DNA of 63,229 nucleotides, filler included, from Klebsormidium nitens (lineage: Eukaryota > Plantae > Klebsormidiophyceae), in the NCBI GenBank assembly GCA_000708835.1. It is 5 parts of 5 records of this genome, joined end to end, with 100 filler letters (N's around TTAATTAATTAA, not from the genome) between each part and the next. Parts side by side here need not be neighbours in the genome. Positions count along the whole stretch, not along the records: positions 1 to 28,037 come from DF237804.1; positions 28,138 to 46,235 come from DF237806.1; 3 more parts are not named here. The stretch is one strand, 5' to 3'. A program made the translations under genes and the position numbers. The notes under the pieces were generated by a model. That model did no database searches. It was not told the origin of the DNA and was given only the letters and a program-made list of their open reading frames with translations. Each line of letters begins with the position of its first letter. Position 1 is the first letter of the stretch. Shown piece after piece: positions 25,001-37,700 of the stretch.

Positions 25001-28000
25001 CGCGCCCTGATGACACGGGGCAAAATCTCCGCCTTCAATCCGGCACCGTGATGTGCAATCTGGACACGAGACCAGCGTCACTCCGTCCGGCGCCCAGTCC
25101 CGGACGCTCACATTGAATACGACGTTCTGAACGCTGGTCGGTCGGTGGTCGGGAACGTTGGCCACAATTGTGGTTAGGGGATGGTTAGTGTCGACCACCC
25201 ACGTGACGCTCGCGGGGGCACTGCTGAAGCCGTTACCGTTTAACGCGAGCACCTGGAACGTGTGCGTTCCCGCCGTGACCCCGGAGACAGGGACTGCGTA
25301 GATAAGCTGCTGGAGCGAAGGGTCATAAGCGGGCGCCCCGTCGAACGCGCACGTTTTGAAGGGGGCCAGGTCCAGGCTGCAGTAGAAGGAGCATAAGCTG
25401 CACGAAGTCCCCCCCTCAATCGCGTAGAACGTGAAAGATGCTGACGTGGCACGGGTCGGAGAAGGGACTCCAGTAACGAAGATGACTTTTGCGCGGATTA
25501 CAGTGAGCGGGGGCGGGGGCGGGCTGAGGGCAACACGTGGCGGCGGAAGATTGGCTGCCGGCGGCAAGGGCGCCAACGGGGCCGACAGCAACGTCACCGT
25601 ATACGTATAGGCGCTCAGCAGGTTTTCGGATTGGACGACAAGCCGCACCACGGCGGGGGGCAGAATCTGCTGGGAGATCTGCCCCCTCTGAGATTTCCCC
25701 GAGTCGAGCGTGAGTGTGGCGGCTGTGTCTGAAGCGACTGCGATGAGCATAACAGAAGCACTCCCCTGGTTGAGTTGGGCGGTGTAGTTGAAGGTGGTCG
25801 GCGAGAAGGGGGGGATAAGCAATGCGGTGCTGAGGTATAGGAGCTGGAGGGAGGGGTCCGCGCCCTGGAGCCACGCGACCTGGAAGTAGTAGAGCTTGGA
25901 ACGGAGCCCGTCGGACGACTGCAGAAAAACGAGTAACTTCAGAGACAATTCTATTTTGAGTAGAGTTCTTATACTTCATCGGACATGTCTTATGCGATTT
26001 GAAGGGCGAGTGAAAGCAGTAGAAGGTCAACCCAGGGCTCTCTTGACCATAGCGGACGACCGTTCTTTCAAAAGTCTCTTCCTCTTCGCGACTTGGGCAA
26101 TACTCTGCCTGCGTTGTGCGCAAATCCTAGACCTGATACACCGGCTGATTATAAGGTACCAAGTCTGACCGGTTTATGAAAGTGGAGCTGAGATTGAATA
26201 ATGAAGGCAGAAAGTGATACTGTGTATCTATTATTACCATTCGAACTGGCAAATGATACTCACCTACGGTACTTAAACCCAGGTGTTAATCAGGCAAAGC
26301 CGCTCAGTCTCGTTGAGAAGCTGGGACCAGACGATTTGACACAGCTCACTGATGTTCCTCCGTAGTTGTACAGTTGCCAAAATCTCACCGTGACGCTAAT
26401 GATAAGCACGCCCGCAGTAGCAACTTGTAGATTGTCCGACAGCACGCCACTCTGTAGGGCTGCCATCGTTCCCGTCGGGGGTATGGCCGTGATGGTCGCA
26501 CTGGGATCGGCCGCGCTCACTTGTAACTTCAACGAGGTTTGGCCCTTCGGCAAGAAAAGCGAGTACAGGGTCCCTGCAGGAAATGTTATTCATATGACGT
26601 TAATCTGAGCCCCGGAGCGCCAACTGTGGACGATTTGCCACAGCAAAGTTCGAAGTTCGGTGCATTTGCATTACAGATCAGTTGGTCCGTTAGCGCGTGG
26701 AAGACGCAAGTACTTCACCTTGTCTTTGGCAGCCTTGGATGCAAGTAACGTCCCGATAACGTATGTTCCACAGAAGCGACTCGGACCGAACCTAATATAT
26801 TTTGCATGGAGATATCCTTCAGGAGAGGGAGTGTTTTCAACAGAGGCTTGTCGGGAAAAAGTTAATTACTCAGCAGTTGAAACTGGCAGTTCCTCACACA
26901 CTCTGAATCGAGGCACGCGTTGCCGCTTCGCATGGCGCTTACACATGCTCATTCAGCAGGTTACGTGGAACGGTAGAACATACCAGGACCCCATAGCGCT
27001 CTCATAGCGCTTCCCGAGCTCGAAACCAGCAGGCTTTTGCTGGACCAGGTAGAGCATACTCTGCGGAGCGGACCATAATCTCATCTTTTTGAAGATCAAA
27101 CACGCGTGTTTTCATCCTTCACAAGATCCGCTACGTTTAGGAAAATCTTTCGTCGTAGATAGCTAAGTAGAAATGATTTCTGAAGGCTCGGTTCTCCTAC
27201 CTTCGGGCGTGAAGGAAGGGAAGGGGTACGCGTTACTAGCGTTGAAGGTCAGTAGCAGTGCACTCGGGGTTACTGGCGGTGGCGCGCCAGGGGGGGGCCT
27301 CGGGGGGGGCTTCGCAGGGGGAGGCTCGAGGGGGGGGCAGTCGCGAGGGGGAGGCTCTGGGGGGGGAAGCGAAGGAGGGGGGAAGGAAGGCGGCGGAAGG
27401 AGGATGGGGGGTGGATTTGATGGTGGTTTCGGGGGGGGGGAGTACCTTGGTGGGGAGGAGGGAGTGAGCTGGGGGGAGGCTTAGCTGGGGGGTTAGGAGG
27501 CGGGTTAACGGGCGGCTTAGCCGGCGGCGAGAGCTGGGGAGGAGGGAAAAGAGGGGGTGAAAAGCGTGGGGGTGGGGGCAGAATAGGGGGAATACTTGGA
27601 GGGGGGCTGAGAGGGGGAGTTATAGGAGGCGGGTCTGAAGGCGGCGGGTTTGAAGGCGGCGGGTTTGGAGGAGGCGGACTTGCAGGAGGCGGTTGGAGGG
27701 GAGGAGGGTTAGCAGGAGGAGGGTTAGCGGGAGGGGGAGGGTTAGGAGAAGTCATTGGGGGAGGGTTTGGTGGTGGGAGGATAAGTGGGGGTGGACGGCT
27801 AGGGGGCGGGGGATTGGCAGAAAGAGGAGGCGGGGAATCTGGAGGAGAAACGTTAGGAGGCGGGTTTTGCGGAGGAGGGAAAGAGTCAGGTGGCGGCATA
27901 CTGGGGGGAGGACAATCGGGGGGTGGATAATCTGGGGTTGGCGATTCAGGTGGGGGAGAATTTGGGGGCGGGTTAGGGGGTGGCAACTCGGGAGGAGGAG

Positions 28001-28037
28001 GGTTAGGGGGCGGGTTGGGCGGTGGGTTAGTTCGGGG
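16029..28037 (-). CDS. Very large predicted surface/membrane protein: Pro-rich stalk, two cadherin-like beta-sandwich domains, about 7-8 Cys-containing Ig-like repeats, multi-pass TRP/polycystin-like TM region and long charged tail. Core resembles uncharacterised plant At3g48200-type proteins. 5' end lost in gap
   Basis: Exons 28037(open)-27201 (frameshift at G10 27431-27440), 26573-26389, 25918-24899, 24376-24183, 23779-23141, 22689-20930, 20354-20044, 19663-19512, 19128-18926, 18669-18569, 17900-16029; all GT-AG and phase-consistent. Repeats of type C..C.F.C.LD....CS...L..G.H.F.V.A.D..GN....Y.W.VD; cadherin-like LIPPFSPTTFNYT; motifs VRFGEPCLGGGGFTC, QGFALLRKLAV, LHFPRPEL, RFGILFEAF, KPYIS. 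The At3g48200 resemblance is recalled, not searched. Confidence 0.85.
27241..28037 (-). repeat. Extensin/pherophorin-like proline-rich low-complexity coding segment (SPPP/NPPP/PPPP)
   Basis: G-rich plus strand; minus translation PPPNPPPNSPPPESPTPDYPPPDCPPP... runs into the gap. Confidence 0.9.
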
Positions 28038-28137
28038 NNNNNNNNNNNNNNNNNNNNNNNNNNNNNNNNNNNNNNNNNNNNTTAATTAATTAANNNNNNN
28101 NNNNNNNNNNNNNNNNNNNNNNNNNNNNNNNNNNNNN
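28038..28137. other. Assembly gap (100 nt) with TTAATTAATTAA linker
   Basis: N run with central linker. Confidence 0.98.
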
Positions 28138-30158
28138 TTGACTTTCTGGAGAAGAGAATATAACAGATTAGTAATACAGAGTTTCGCTCATCCGACCCAA
28201 TTGCTAATATATGTATGTATATGAGGCCATACCTGAAAAAGATGCAATTTTGTAATCGACTTTCTGGAGAAGCAAAATCCTCCCTAAAGTAACCTACTCA
28301 GGGTGCCCGAGTGCCCGGTGATCGGGTTGGGACCACTTGGGTCCGTTCCCGGCCCCCACCTCAGGTTTTCGACCCCTGGTACGACCCTCCCGACATTATC
28401 ACACCTTTAGGCTCTGGGGGGTATGACGTGGCGCGCTGTGATTCGCCCAAATTTAACACCGAACTTCATTTGGCTTGCTGGAGGAGAGACTCAGGACGGG
28501 CGTGCCAAACCTGCCGGGACAAGTGTCCGATCGCTGCCCGTCGATAATTCAGCGCGCGTCGTGATCGATTGTTAACCGCCTGCACCTCGGTTCAAATTCA
28601 GTTTCCCGGAACTCAGCAGGCTTGCTGTTAGAATACGGAACAGCGGAAGCCTTATCCGGGGGCCTTGTCTTTCAAAGTGCCTCGTCAATTCAGCTTCAGT
28701 GTCGCATACGAGCATACGACTGAGGCCGGCACAGCCAGTAAAGCTTACTGCCAATGAACCACGTCATTTACCCAGGTATCACCTGTCCTTATTGTCACCG
28801 TGACGTCTGTAAGCTGTAGACAAATGTACACTTGATACATCCAAAGATGCATTCAGGCGTCTTGAATGTTGAAATGTTGCAGCACCTTTGAAGCCTTTGC
28901 AGATGTATCCTACAGCCTTTCCGACAAGCTTGCTCAAGTTCACTGCCAATGGCAAAGCTCAGCAGCGCAGCAATATTGTGGTGTACAATAACTCGCCGGA
29001 CTGCGTGCAGGACCTTTACAAGTGAGTTGATCGATATCAGTTCATGATCAACTGGACTTGAAGTCTCATGCACTAGATGCTGCAGTGCTTTCAGCACATC
29101 AATGCAAGGGCCTTCACTTCACAGGGGCGGCCTTCTTGTAATCCAAGTCGGAATGCCTGTCCGTTCAAGCACACTGTCTGCAGTCGCCCGTTACGGGTTT
29201 CAATCATTACGGGTAGTCTTTGATTATGTTGGCGATGTTTGAACGGCTACTACAGCAGAAACCAAGAAACGAATAAATCGTCTCTGAATGGGTATTGTAC
29301 AGCTTTTAGCCCTTTGCGCCCCACAAAGTCCGGAACTCGACTCCTTCAATCTTTCGCAGTGGGTTCTCCGGGCAAGGGCAAACGCTCCTTCATCGGCTGC
29401 AACTAAAGGCAGAATGATAGAAGTCTAGATCTGGATTACGCTCGAGGTTGTACTGCTGAGATTTGCTCGATTTCAAGTTTACTCGGCCTCGTCCTCTTCT
29501 ACTTTGATCCAGGTAACCTGCGCGCCGCGGTCTCCAGCGCTTTGCCTGCCAAGGCTGCAACCAAAAAGAGAAGCAAGACTTGATGCCTTATCCTGATTTC
29601 CTCTAAGTCAAACACGCCTTCGCCATCCGATGCTCTGCTTTTCTACATTGCTTTCAAACCCGGGTCGCGGAGCCTTGTGCATGGTTTTTGTCCTTCAATC
29701 CTTTCGTCTGGATATGCGCGAGGTCTCCGTTACAGCCTCCCGAGCCTTGATCCGCTGCATTGAAACAGACAGCAAGGAGCTTTTTCACTCTCTGCATGGC
29801 GACTCCATTTCCAGCTCGTGACTGGCAACAAAAGAAGGTGGCCGACTGTCGAGCGGCGCCCTGAATTGCGGTACTGTCCGGGGTACAAATGAGTTTACGT
29901 AAGAAGCCAAACCTCTCCAGCAGCTTTGTTCAGGTTACCTGCCGTTCTCACCGAAATATAGCGCATTCAACGCAGTGCTCTGCTACATATACAAAGCTCC
30001 TGGCTGTCATGAAAGGTCAAGTATAACTCCCGCGCACTTTCTCCAGCCGCAGAGACATAGGCTTGTTGTACTGGACAAGCACCTTCTCGTCCTCGCCTGT
30101 TCGATCACTTAAGTTTCACGAACCTCCAAAAACGTCTGCACAAGTGATTGTAGCTGCT

Positions 30159-30270
30159 AACCAGGCTGACTGATGGACTTGAGTCTCAGGTTTATTGGAC
30201 TACTAACCGGATTTTCACCTCGTTCTTGGGCTGGTTACCGTCTAAGTCTGGTTACTGGACATGTAATCGC
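30159..30270 (+). repeat. Short dispersed repeat, copy 2 (copy 1 at 10151-10260)
   Basis: AACCAGGCTG 30159, TTATTGGAC 30192, AAGTCTGGTTACTGGACAT 30244. Confidence 0.65.
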
Positions 30271-30385
30271 TTTTCAGCTAGCCCATCCCAAGGCCCGCTA
30301 GATACATTCCATGGTGAAAGGGGCCAGATATCATGTCGAGAAAAATGTGAAACGAAACAAGAAAATGGAAGATAGGTGTGCATAC

Positions 30386-33243
30386 CAGAGCCTTCTCTTT
30401 GTCCCCCACTGAGGCCACCGGTCGCGCCCTGAGATTGTACTTTTCCACTTTCGTTTTTTTGTTGGGAGGCGCGCTGGGCTCATAAGGTTCAACTTTCACT
30501 TTGTGGGCGAGAGGCGGGCCGATCTTGCAGTCTTCCACTTTCAATTTCTGGTCGAGAGGTGCCGCCATGCTCGCGCCGTCTCCGTACTCACCGGCATGAT
30601 CCTCCTGTAAGGAGACAGCTTGAGATCGAAATGGAGATCACAAATTATGTTCCGACAAATGCCACATTTGAAAATCAGGGAACCGCAAACAAGCCACAAA
30701 ATGAAGAAGCTTAGGGAATGTCGTCAGGAAGCTGGAAGATTCAGAGAACTTCGTATTTGAGATGGTGGTTTCAGAAAACACTGCAATACATGAAAGGCAT
30801 CCAGAACGGGGACAAGGAAGGATTCTAGAGAGTTTAACGAGAGGGAAATCTGCATTCAGCAATTGAGTGTGCGGCCGACGTCAGCGCTTCGTCATGCAAG
30901 TGCCAGTCTCTGGTCATAAAATGACTAAACGTCAATGTGCTTTTGACGTGTCTGCCCTCAAGGTTGGACCTCTTGCTTGCCAAGGGCGCGGCCCTGGACA
31001 CCAAATCGACGCAGAATTGGTATTACCTTCTGTCCGTTGTCGCTGACTGATGGAAGACCCAGCAACAAGTCCAAAAACATGCCCACGCGGAATTGGGTCA
31101 TGAGAGAGGGTCCTAAATCCAGCCAGACTCGTTAACGTTTTGCATCCTTTTCTGAGACCCCAAGCTGCATCGAGTTTGTTTGAGGTAGTTCACACCGGTA
31201 AACACTGGTCACAGGACACCTCTCCAAGTTAGGTATACCAACCTTGCTCACCTTCTTGACCTTCACGTCGTTGACGGACTCATACCGCAACGTCATATCC
31301 GCCACGTAAGCCGCCACCGGCAATAGCCTCTTGTCTCTCACATACGCGCTCCCCACGCTGGTGTGTGCCGCAAAGATCGGGCCGCGGTCGAACGTTGCAT
31401 CGAGACGGGGCCGGCACTTGAAGGCCGCGGAAAGGCGGCCCTGAACCGCCGACGGACCGCTGACGTCAGTATCAGCATTGCTGACGTGGGCGATGCGGTG
31501 CTCGGCGGCTGTTATGAGGCCGGCAGTGGCTTCCGTCAGCGCCTGCCCGGGGAAGAGAACGAGCTCGTCGGGGGCGAGATCGGCGTCGACGAGCGTCCAG
31601 CTCCCCTTGGAGAAGACCTACACGTTGAAAGTACACAAGTAAGGTAACCCGGTAGCACTTGGTTCGCGGTTACCTGCAGGTTGGGTGGCACTCTTCGAAT
31701 ATAAGAGATGCGAAACTTGAAGAAGAACAGTGTTGCCCCACGTCCGAACGGAAACGGGATCAGTCTTGGGCCATTATGGGTGACGAATCAAGCGACGCTC
31801 AGTTCAGGCAACGTGATAGGCTTTGTCAAGCTCGGCAGAATATCAGAAGAAGACTTGGAGCAACGCCAGCCGCTGATAGAAAAGAAAGAAACTCGAGTCC
31901 ATACGGAATTCTCTTGACTAAAGAAGACCTACTATAAGTCTGTTCTCGCACCCGCTTCCTGAACAATGCCTCTTGTAAAATGATACCTGGACCTTGCAGT
32001 CTCATACGTACGGCCGGCCGTGCAAACTGAATTGCTGGATCCGACCTGAAAGCTGTCAACTTTGGACGATCATCCGCGACAACTGACGGCATCACGCACC
32101 TCCAAGCCTGGCTTGTCTGATGTGACGAAGGTGAGCAGCCCCTGGTCGATGTGCCTGGGACAAGCAGCGCTTTCCCCACCTTCTGCTTTCACGACAGCCC
32201 CATTGTACCGGAAGAAGGAGAGCATGGATGTGGTGCAGTGGGCGCAGGGGCGCGTTGTCGAGTAGCGGCTCAAAGTGTGACGTGTCCACGTGGAGCGCCC
32301 ATGCGAGCGCGCGCAGAACGCGGCGAGAGGCGTCGCTCAGCATGCGGAAGCTCGTGACCAGGGCTTGGTCGTGCGGCCTGCAAAATCCGCGGTTTTGATC
32401 TGCCTCTGTGCGCAAAATGTATATAAAGGCGACAGCTTGAGGAACATGTACGATATAGACTCCACCGGATAGTTGCTTGACTTGATTGGGATCAAACGGA
32501 AGCCTTTATCAAGAGCTCTCAATGCTCGGAGCATCAGGCGTTGCCAATCGGGGGGAGTCAAACTCTGTCCTGTGCTGCGAGGCCCGAAACGGAAAGTTGA
32601 AAATGAGCTGGTCTCCTTCTTAGTATTTCAGACTCTTGAACGATTGTGTTGTCGTTGAAATTTCAGGACCAACACTGGCGAGGCAAAACGACATATTTGC
32701 ACGAAACAAAAGACCAGGAGCAGAAGCCAAACCAGCCTGCAGAATAGTGACGAGCGCGCTAAGCACAACGAATCTCAACAGAACAAACTATATTCATAAA
32801 CAAGCTTCGCAATCTTTTAGTAGACTAATGAAAGATAGTACCGTCTGCTTAAACTGGTGCCTAGCCAATTGTTTCGAACTTTCACCTCCTATCCATTCCC
32901 CTAAGTGTTGAAGACAGCCTTACCTTTCACCCAGCATGACGTTGTAGATCTCCTGGTCCGGCAGCGCATGATACCCGCCGACGATGTCGCCGTTCAGCTG
33001 AGCTTCCCCACCCAGCTTCTTCGAGTCCACTAGATTTCTCTGCTTCTCAAGAGTACCGGAAGCGTACACCAGACCTTTCTTGAGAGTCGCTGCTTCTGCA
33101 GCGTCAAGCTTCAGCAGACAAACGTGTTCATTTTGAAGCGCGTCTATTAGCTTCGTGACAGCTGATACGTAGTTCGGGTCGGTTTCGCCTTCTTGGGGGA
33201 TGAGGTGGCTCAGTTGGATGTGTGCAATTGGGGAAGCAGCCAT
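30386..33243 (-). CDS. 2-oxoglutarate/Fe(II) oxygenase-like protein (resembles the Arabidopsis At3g12940/At3g19895 type); one frameshift, 3' end unresolved, possibly a pseudogene
   Basis: Exons 33243-32924, 32377-32100, 31617-31252, 30604-30386 are phase-consistent if one base is removed near 32240-32250. HxD (PRHIDQGLLTFVTSDKPGLEV), distal His (AAEHRI), RxS (GRLSAAFK), and WTLVDADLAPDELVLFPGQAL. Family similarity is from memory. Confidence 0.75.
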
Positions 33244-34712
33244 GTTTGTCACGGAACCCTTCTTGTTTCTCTAAATCGCACCCGGAGTCGCTTGTCAGGT
33301 TCTGCCTGCAGCGCACGAAGTGCATCAACTTCAACTTCGCGACAAGCTTGTTTGCTGTCTTGAGCTATGTACCCAACAGGCACGATGGAATAAGAAACTT
33401 CGTCAATATCAGATTCAAAGGAGGTGCACAGAAAGTGGCTGTCAGGCGGAGGAGCTTTGACAGACGTTTTGAACAAAAACAAAAAAATACACAAAAACAA
33501 AAATGAGGTCAAGACTTTTGAATACCAGGTTTGTAAGGGCTGGGCCGCTCGCAACCAAATGGACTGCAAAACTCTTGCCAAGTTGCCAAGTAAGTTTCAA
33601 AGATGAAACAGTTTACGACAAAGCTTGGAAGATCTGACAAGACATGACAAATCATGGGACGACAAGCCTTAAGAAGTGAAGAGGGAATCTAACAAGGTGA
33701 TTAGCTAGCTTCGAACACCCTTAGGCATTTTGTATCTTTTGAATGGTTGACTGTATTCTAGCAAGTCATAAAGAATTGTCTATATGAGAATCATGCTGGT
33801 AGAGGCGAGCAAGCGCACAAATGTACTATCGCGGAGCTGTAGTCAGCTCCTGAAGAGGCACTTTCAGACCCTGATGTTAATGCACAGCACGTTCAATCCA
33901 GCTAACATCCCTTACCTTTCTAACTTGATCACGGGTTGATCACCTGACTGGGGCGCGCCTAATTTGCACCGCAGGCATTCAGCTTCACAGCTTCGCTTTC
34001 CTCCTACTGTGACGGGGAAAGCACCACCTTGAAATACGGTGATCCGATCGAGGCTTCTTGTGGGTTTAGCTGAGAGAGAGCTTATGCTTAATGCAATGAC
34101 AACCGTCTATGTGGATTCATAAGGACTGAATGGAGCTTCCAAGCCGTCAGATCGTGCCATCATGTCGAAAAATAGCTGGTGGTTGTGTCACCAGCTTGCG
34201 CGCATGACCGTCATATGGCCGTGAACATCTGTTTCGCACGCCCGGCGCTCAATGTGCAGCCGGCCGCAGCGGCACCGGGGTTTTCAATGTGGTTTTGCGC
34301 CCACGGATTCTAAACCCCACGGTTAACTGCAGCGCGGCCGCGCGATCTGCTCCCGCGAGTCGATCAATTAGGGCGCCCGCGCGCTAAAGCGAACCCTAAT
34401 TCCAGACGGCATATTGATGCAGAGGGACGAGAGAATGCAAGAAGAGGCGGTTGCTTTTCATCACCTGACGTGCAACTTACATAGGTAACTCACCAGCCAT
34501 GGAGACCCTTGTGTCGGTTTGCCCAAAGAGAGGCTTTCTAACAGAGGCACAACTATTCTTGAGCTGGGGATCCAGAAGAAGAAGGCTTGCACAACTGGGT
34601 TCCTCTAGCACCAGACAGGCCAAAAGTCAAAACTTCGTAGATTTTATAATCCGAGAGATTCTAAAGAAGAATTTCCTTGCAAGTCAGCTTCGCAGCTCTC
34701 AGCTGAGCTCAG

Positions 34713-37700
34713 ATGGCGGCCAACATTGCTTTTGCATCGTGCGGCCTTGTCCTGTTTCTGCTGGTAGGCAGCGCCTATGGTGCTTTTGAGATGGTGAATG
34801 CTCCATTTGGAGTCGTTTCCACAGGTGACGCCACCTTTTACGGGGATCAGCAGGGGAATGGCGTAGACGGTGAGGTCAATGTGCTGTAGTCCCTGCATGC
34901 TGAGCGTCTTCAATCGAATGATACATGTGACTTCTCAATCTGCGCAGGAGCTAGGACAGCTCAGGATGGTGATCAATCGCCTTAGTAGGCCTTTTGAACC
35001 CAAGCTGACTTAGAAATTCACAAAGAACTTGACATTGCAGCCTTTGCTCTCTTCCGACTATGAGACAAGGACAAATGCTCTCAATCCAGCTCATATGGCA
35101 TAGGCATCCCTCAGCTCCAACTCTCCAAACTTTGTCTATCTCCTCAGGGGCCAGGTAGAAGGGAATCAGAAGGTTGAAAGGTCTTTCCTTGAGATTCAGC
35201 TCTCTGTATAGCAGCTGCTGATTCACTTTGATGTACTCTGCAGGTGGAAATTGCGGCTACTTGGGACTGAGGCGTAATCTTGGTGATCTAAAACACCAGA
35301 CATATGGTCTCCAAATCAGCGCTGCCAGCTACCCTCTGTGGCAGGATGGAGCTGGCTGCGGTGCTTGCTACAAGGTAAGTGCGCTCCTCGATGTTCTTTG
35401 CAAATGTGGCATTTTGGAAGGTCCAGTCCAGTTTGGATCAATATTGCAGTTCAACTTCCAATCTGCTCGCGTCACAGACAGAGAATAAACTGTGTCTGTC
35501 ATTTCCCAGCTCAGCCTAGCTCAGTATGGGCTGGAGTCTCTTTACGCGTGTAGTTGGATTATCAGCTTGACGCGGTCTGCAGCTGACCATCATGGTCAGC
35601 TGGTGAATTCTCTGCTTGGACCCTTCTGCAATTACGCGGCTGAAACGCATCGCTGAGCAATTAGCAGTGTCCTTTTTCAAGCAAAAAATGCAATTCCTGC
35701 CCCCACACTTCCAGGATTGTTACCATTCCCAAACCAACACATCACCTCCTACCTGGAATATGAGCTATTGTTTACGACCAGTAATCTATAGTACTTCTGT
35801 TGTGAGCAGGTCTAATGTGCCTTGGACAGCAAAATGCTGGTCACCAACACCAACTCTTCATTCTCGAGTGCAAACAATAAGCGAGTATGGGTGACCAATA
35901 AGCTATCGTCCTTCCGTGCAGGTCAAGTGTATTAACTCCACCTTCTGCCACGACAAAGAGATGGTGGTTACCATAACCGACTTCTGCCCTGACCAAGGCT
36001 GGTGCGACCCCTGGAAGTACCACTTCGACCTCGGCGGCGCAGCGTTCCCCCAGCTTGCGCAAGTCAAAGCCGGCCACTTTCCACTCACCTATGAGAGGTG
36101 TGTTCGTCCCGCATTTTTCCTGTTCCTTCTTAACTTGGAGCTTTTTGGTCGTCTTTGCGCGCAGAATATAGGGTGCAGGACTGTTTCGTTTCCGTGCTAA
36201 GAAAAGGTGATGTCCTGTCTTCACGTCAGCTTCCTGCTTGCTTGTTTGTTGCCCGCTCTGTGCTCGAGTGGAAGAGTCCGCATCTTTCGAACCTTTGAGT
36301 TCGCAAGTCTCTTGCTTCCGAAGGAGTATCAGCCAGGCATGGCCCCATCTCCCGGCCTGGGCTCTGACAATCTTCTTTCCTTTGCAAAAGCTTCATACCT
36401 GCCAACAAACGCCACCTCAGAATCCCATGGTCTCAAATCATCGGAAGCTCCAAAACACATTCCCTAACCTTTGCACTCCCTGCCGCAGAGTCCCCTGCCC
36501 CCGCCAAGGCCCCATCGTGCTCCGGGTTATGGGTAACCCGTACTGGTTATCCATCCTCTCCGAGAACGTGGGCGGCGCGGGCACGACCGATGCCATGGAG
36601 GTTCAGACGGACGGTAACCCGGATTGGATCAGCATGACGCACGACTGGGGGGGCTACTTCAAACTCACCGGGCAGAGCTTCCCGGGGCCCCTCTCTGTGC
36701 GGCTGACTCAGAAACTGACCGGGGCACAGGTGAGGACAGCCCCCGATGAGAGTGTGAAAAGGCGGTGCGATCAGTGCTGAACGCGGGTTTAAGGGATCTA
36801 GGCTGTCATCGATTAGTCGTGGAGCCCGTAGATATTGACTGTCAACGTTATAGAGGATAAAAAAGGACACGCTTTCCAGTACAGATTTAGATAATTTGGA
36901 GGATCAGCCTGTCGTTTTTGAATCCGAAGCTCTTCGCTGAAAGCTTCTACGGCCTGGAGCTGGAGATGTCTGGCTGTTTTTGATGTTGTATTGGTTTTCT
37001 GTGCTGGAAATGACGGCTAAGAAAGTTTGACTTGCTGGCCTTTCAGCCCGGCCGGTCGACTCCCGACAGGAACAAGTTTGAGCACGACGAGAACCCCTTC
37101 CTGGTCGACCTTTCTCTGCAGTCTTCCGCTATCTCACTCTCTCGTTCCGGTTCCCTTCCTCTGACCCTGATTCCCTTTCCGTTTTCCGTCAGGTGGTCCT
37201 CAAGAACTGCATCCCGGCCAACTGGGTCCCCAACACCGAGTACACCTGCGACGCCAACTTTGGCGACAGCTCATCCACCTCCGCTGACGTCACCCCCTCC
37301 CCTGACGTCACTTCCGCGACCGCCGCCCCGGCGATCCCCGAGCAGCCCCAAACCCCCGAGCCCATCCTCATCCAAACCCCGGCCCCGACTGATCCCCAGA
37401 CCCCCGCTCCGACAGACGCCCAAACAGCGGCACCCACTAACCCACCCCGAATTCCTTCTCCGACCGACGCCCAAACTGCGGCACCCACTAACCCACCCCA
37501 AACCCCTTCACCGACCGATGCCCAAACCGCGGCACCCACTAACCCACCCCAAACCCCTTCCCCGACCCCTGTGATCGCCTCGGTTGTAGAGACCGGTGCG
37601 CCGACCGATGCGCCCGCGTCCCCCGCCCCGGTCACGACGACGATCTTGGAGGAGCCGACGGGCGCCGCTGACGTCACCGGAGGCAACTGCATCTCGTGGG

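Noticed and set aside
28082-28093. TTAATTAATTAA recurring in four gaps as a biological palindrome
   Set aside because: It is embedded in fixed 100-nt N blocks and acts as a six-frame stop linker added during scaffolding.
28795-29097. 100-aa minus ORF as a further exon of the 2OG gene or the first exon of the surface protein
   Set aside because: No consistent splice path, no signal peptide and no recognisable motif.
29770-30140. SUMO/ubiquitin-like C-terminal domain for the 2OG gene
   Set aside because: Only scattered words (LSDRTGEDEKVLVQ, ELYLTFHD, HELEMES) in different frames with stops; too weak without a profile search.
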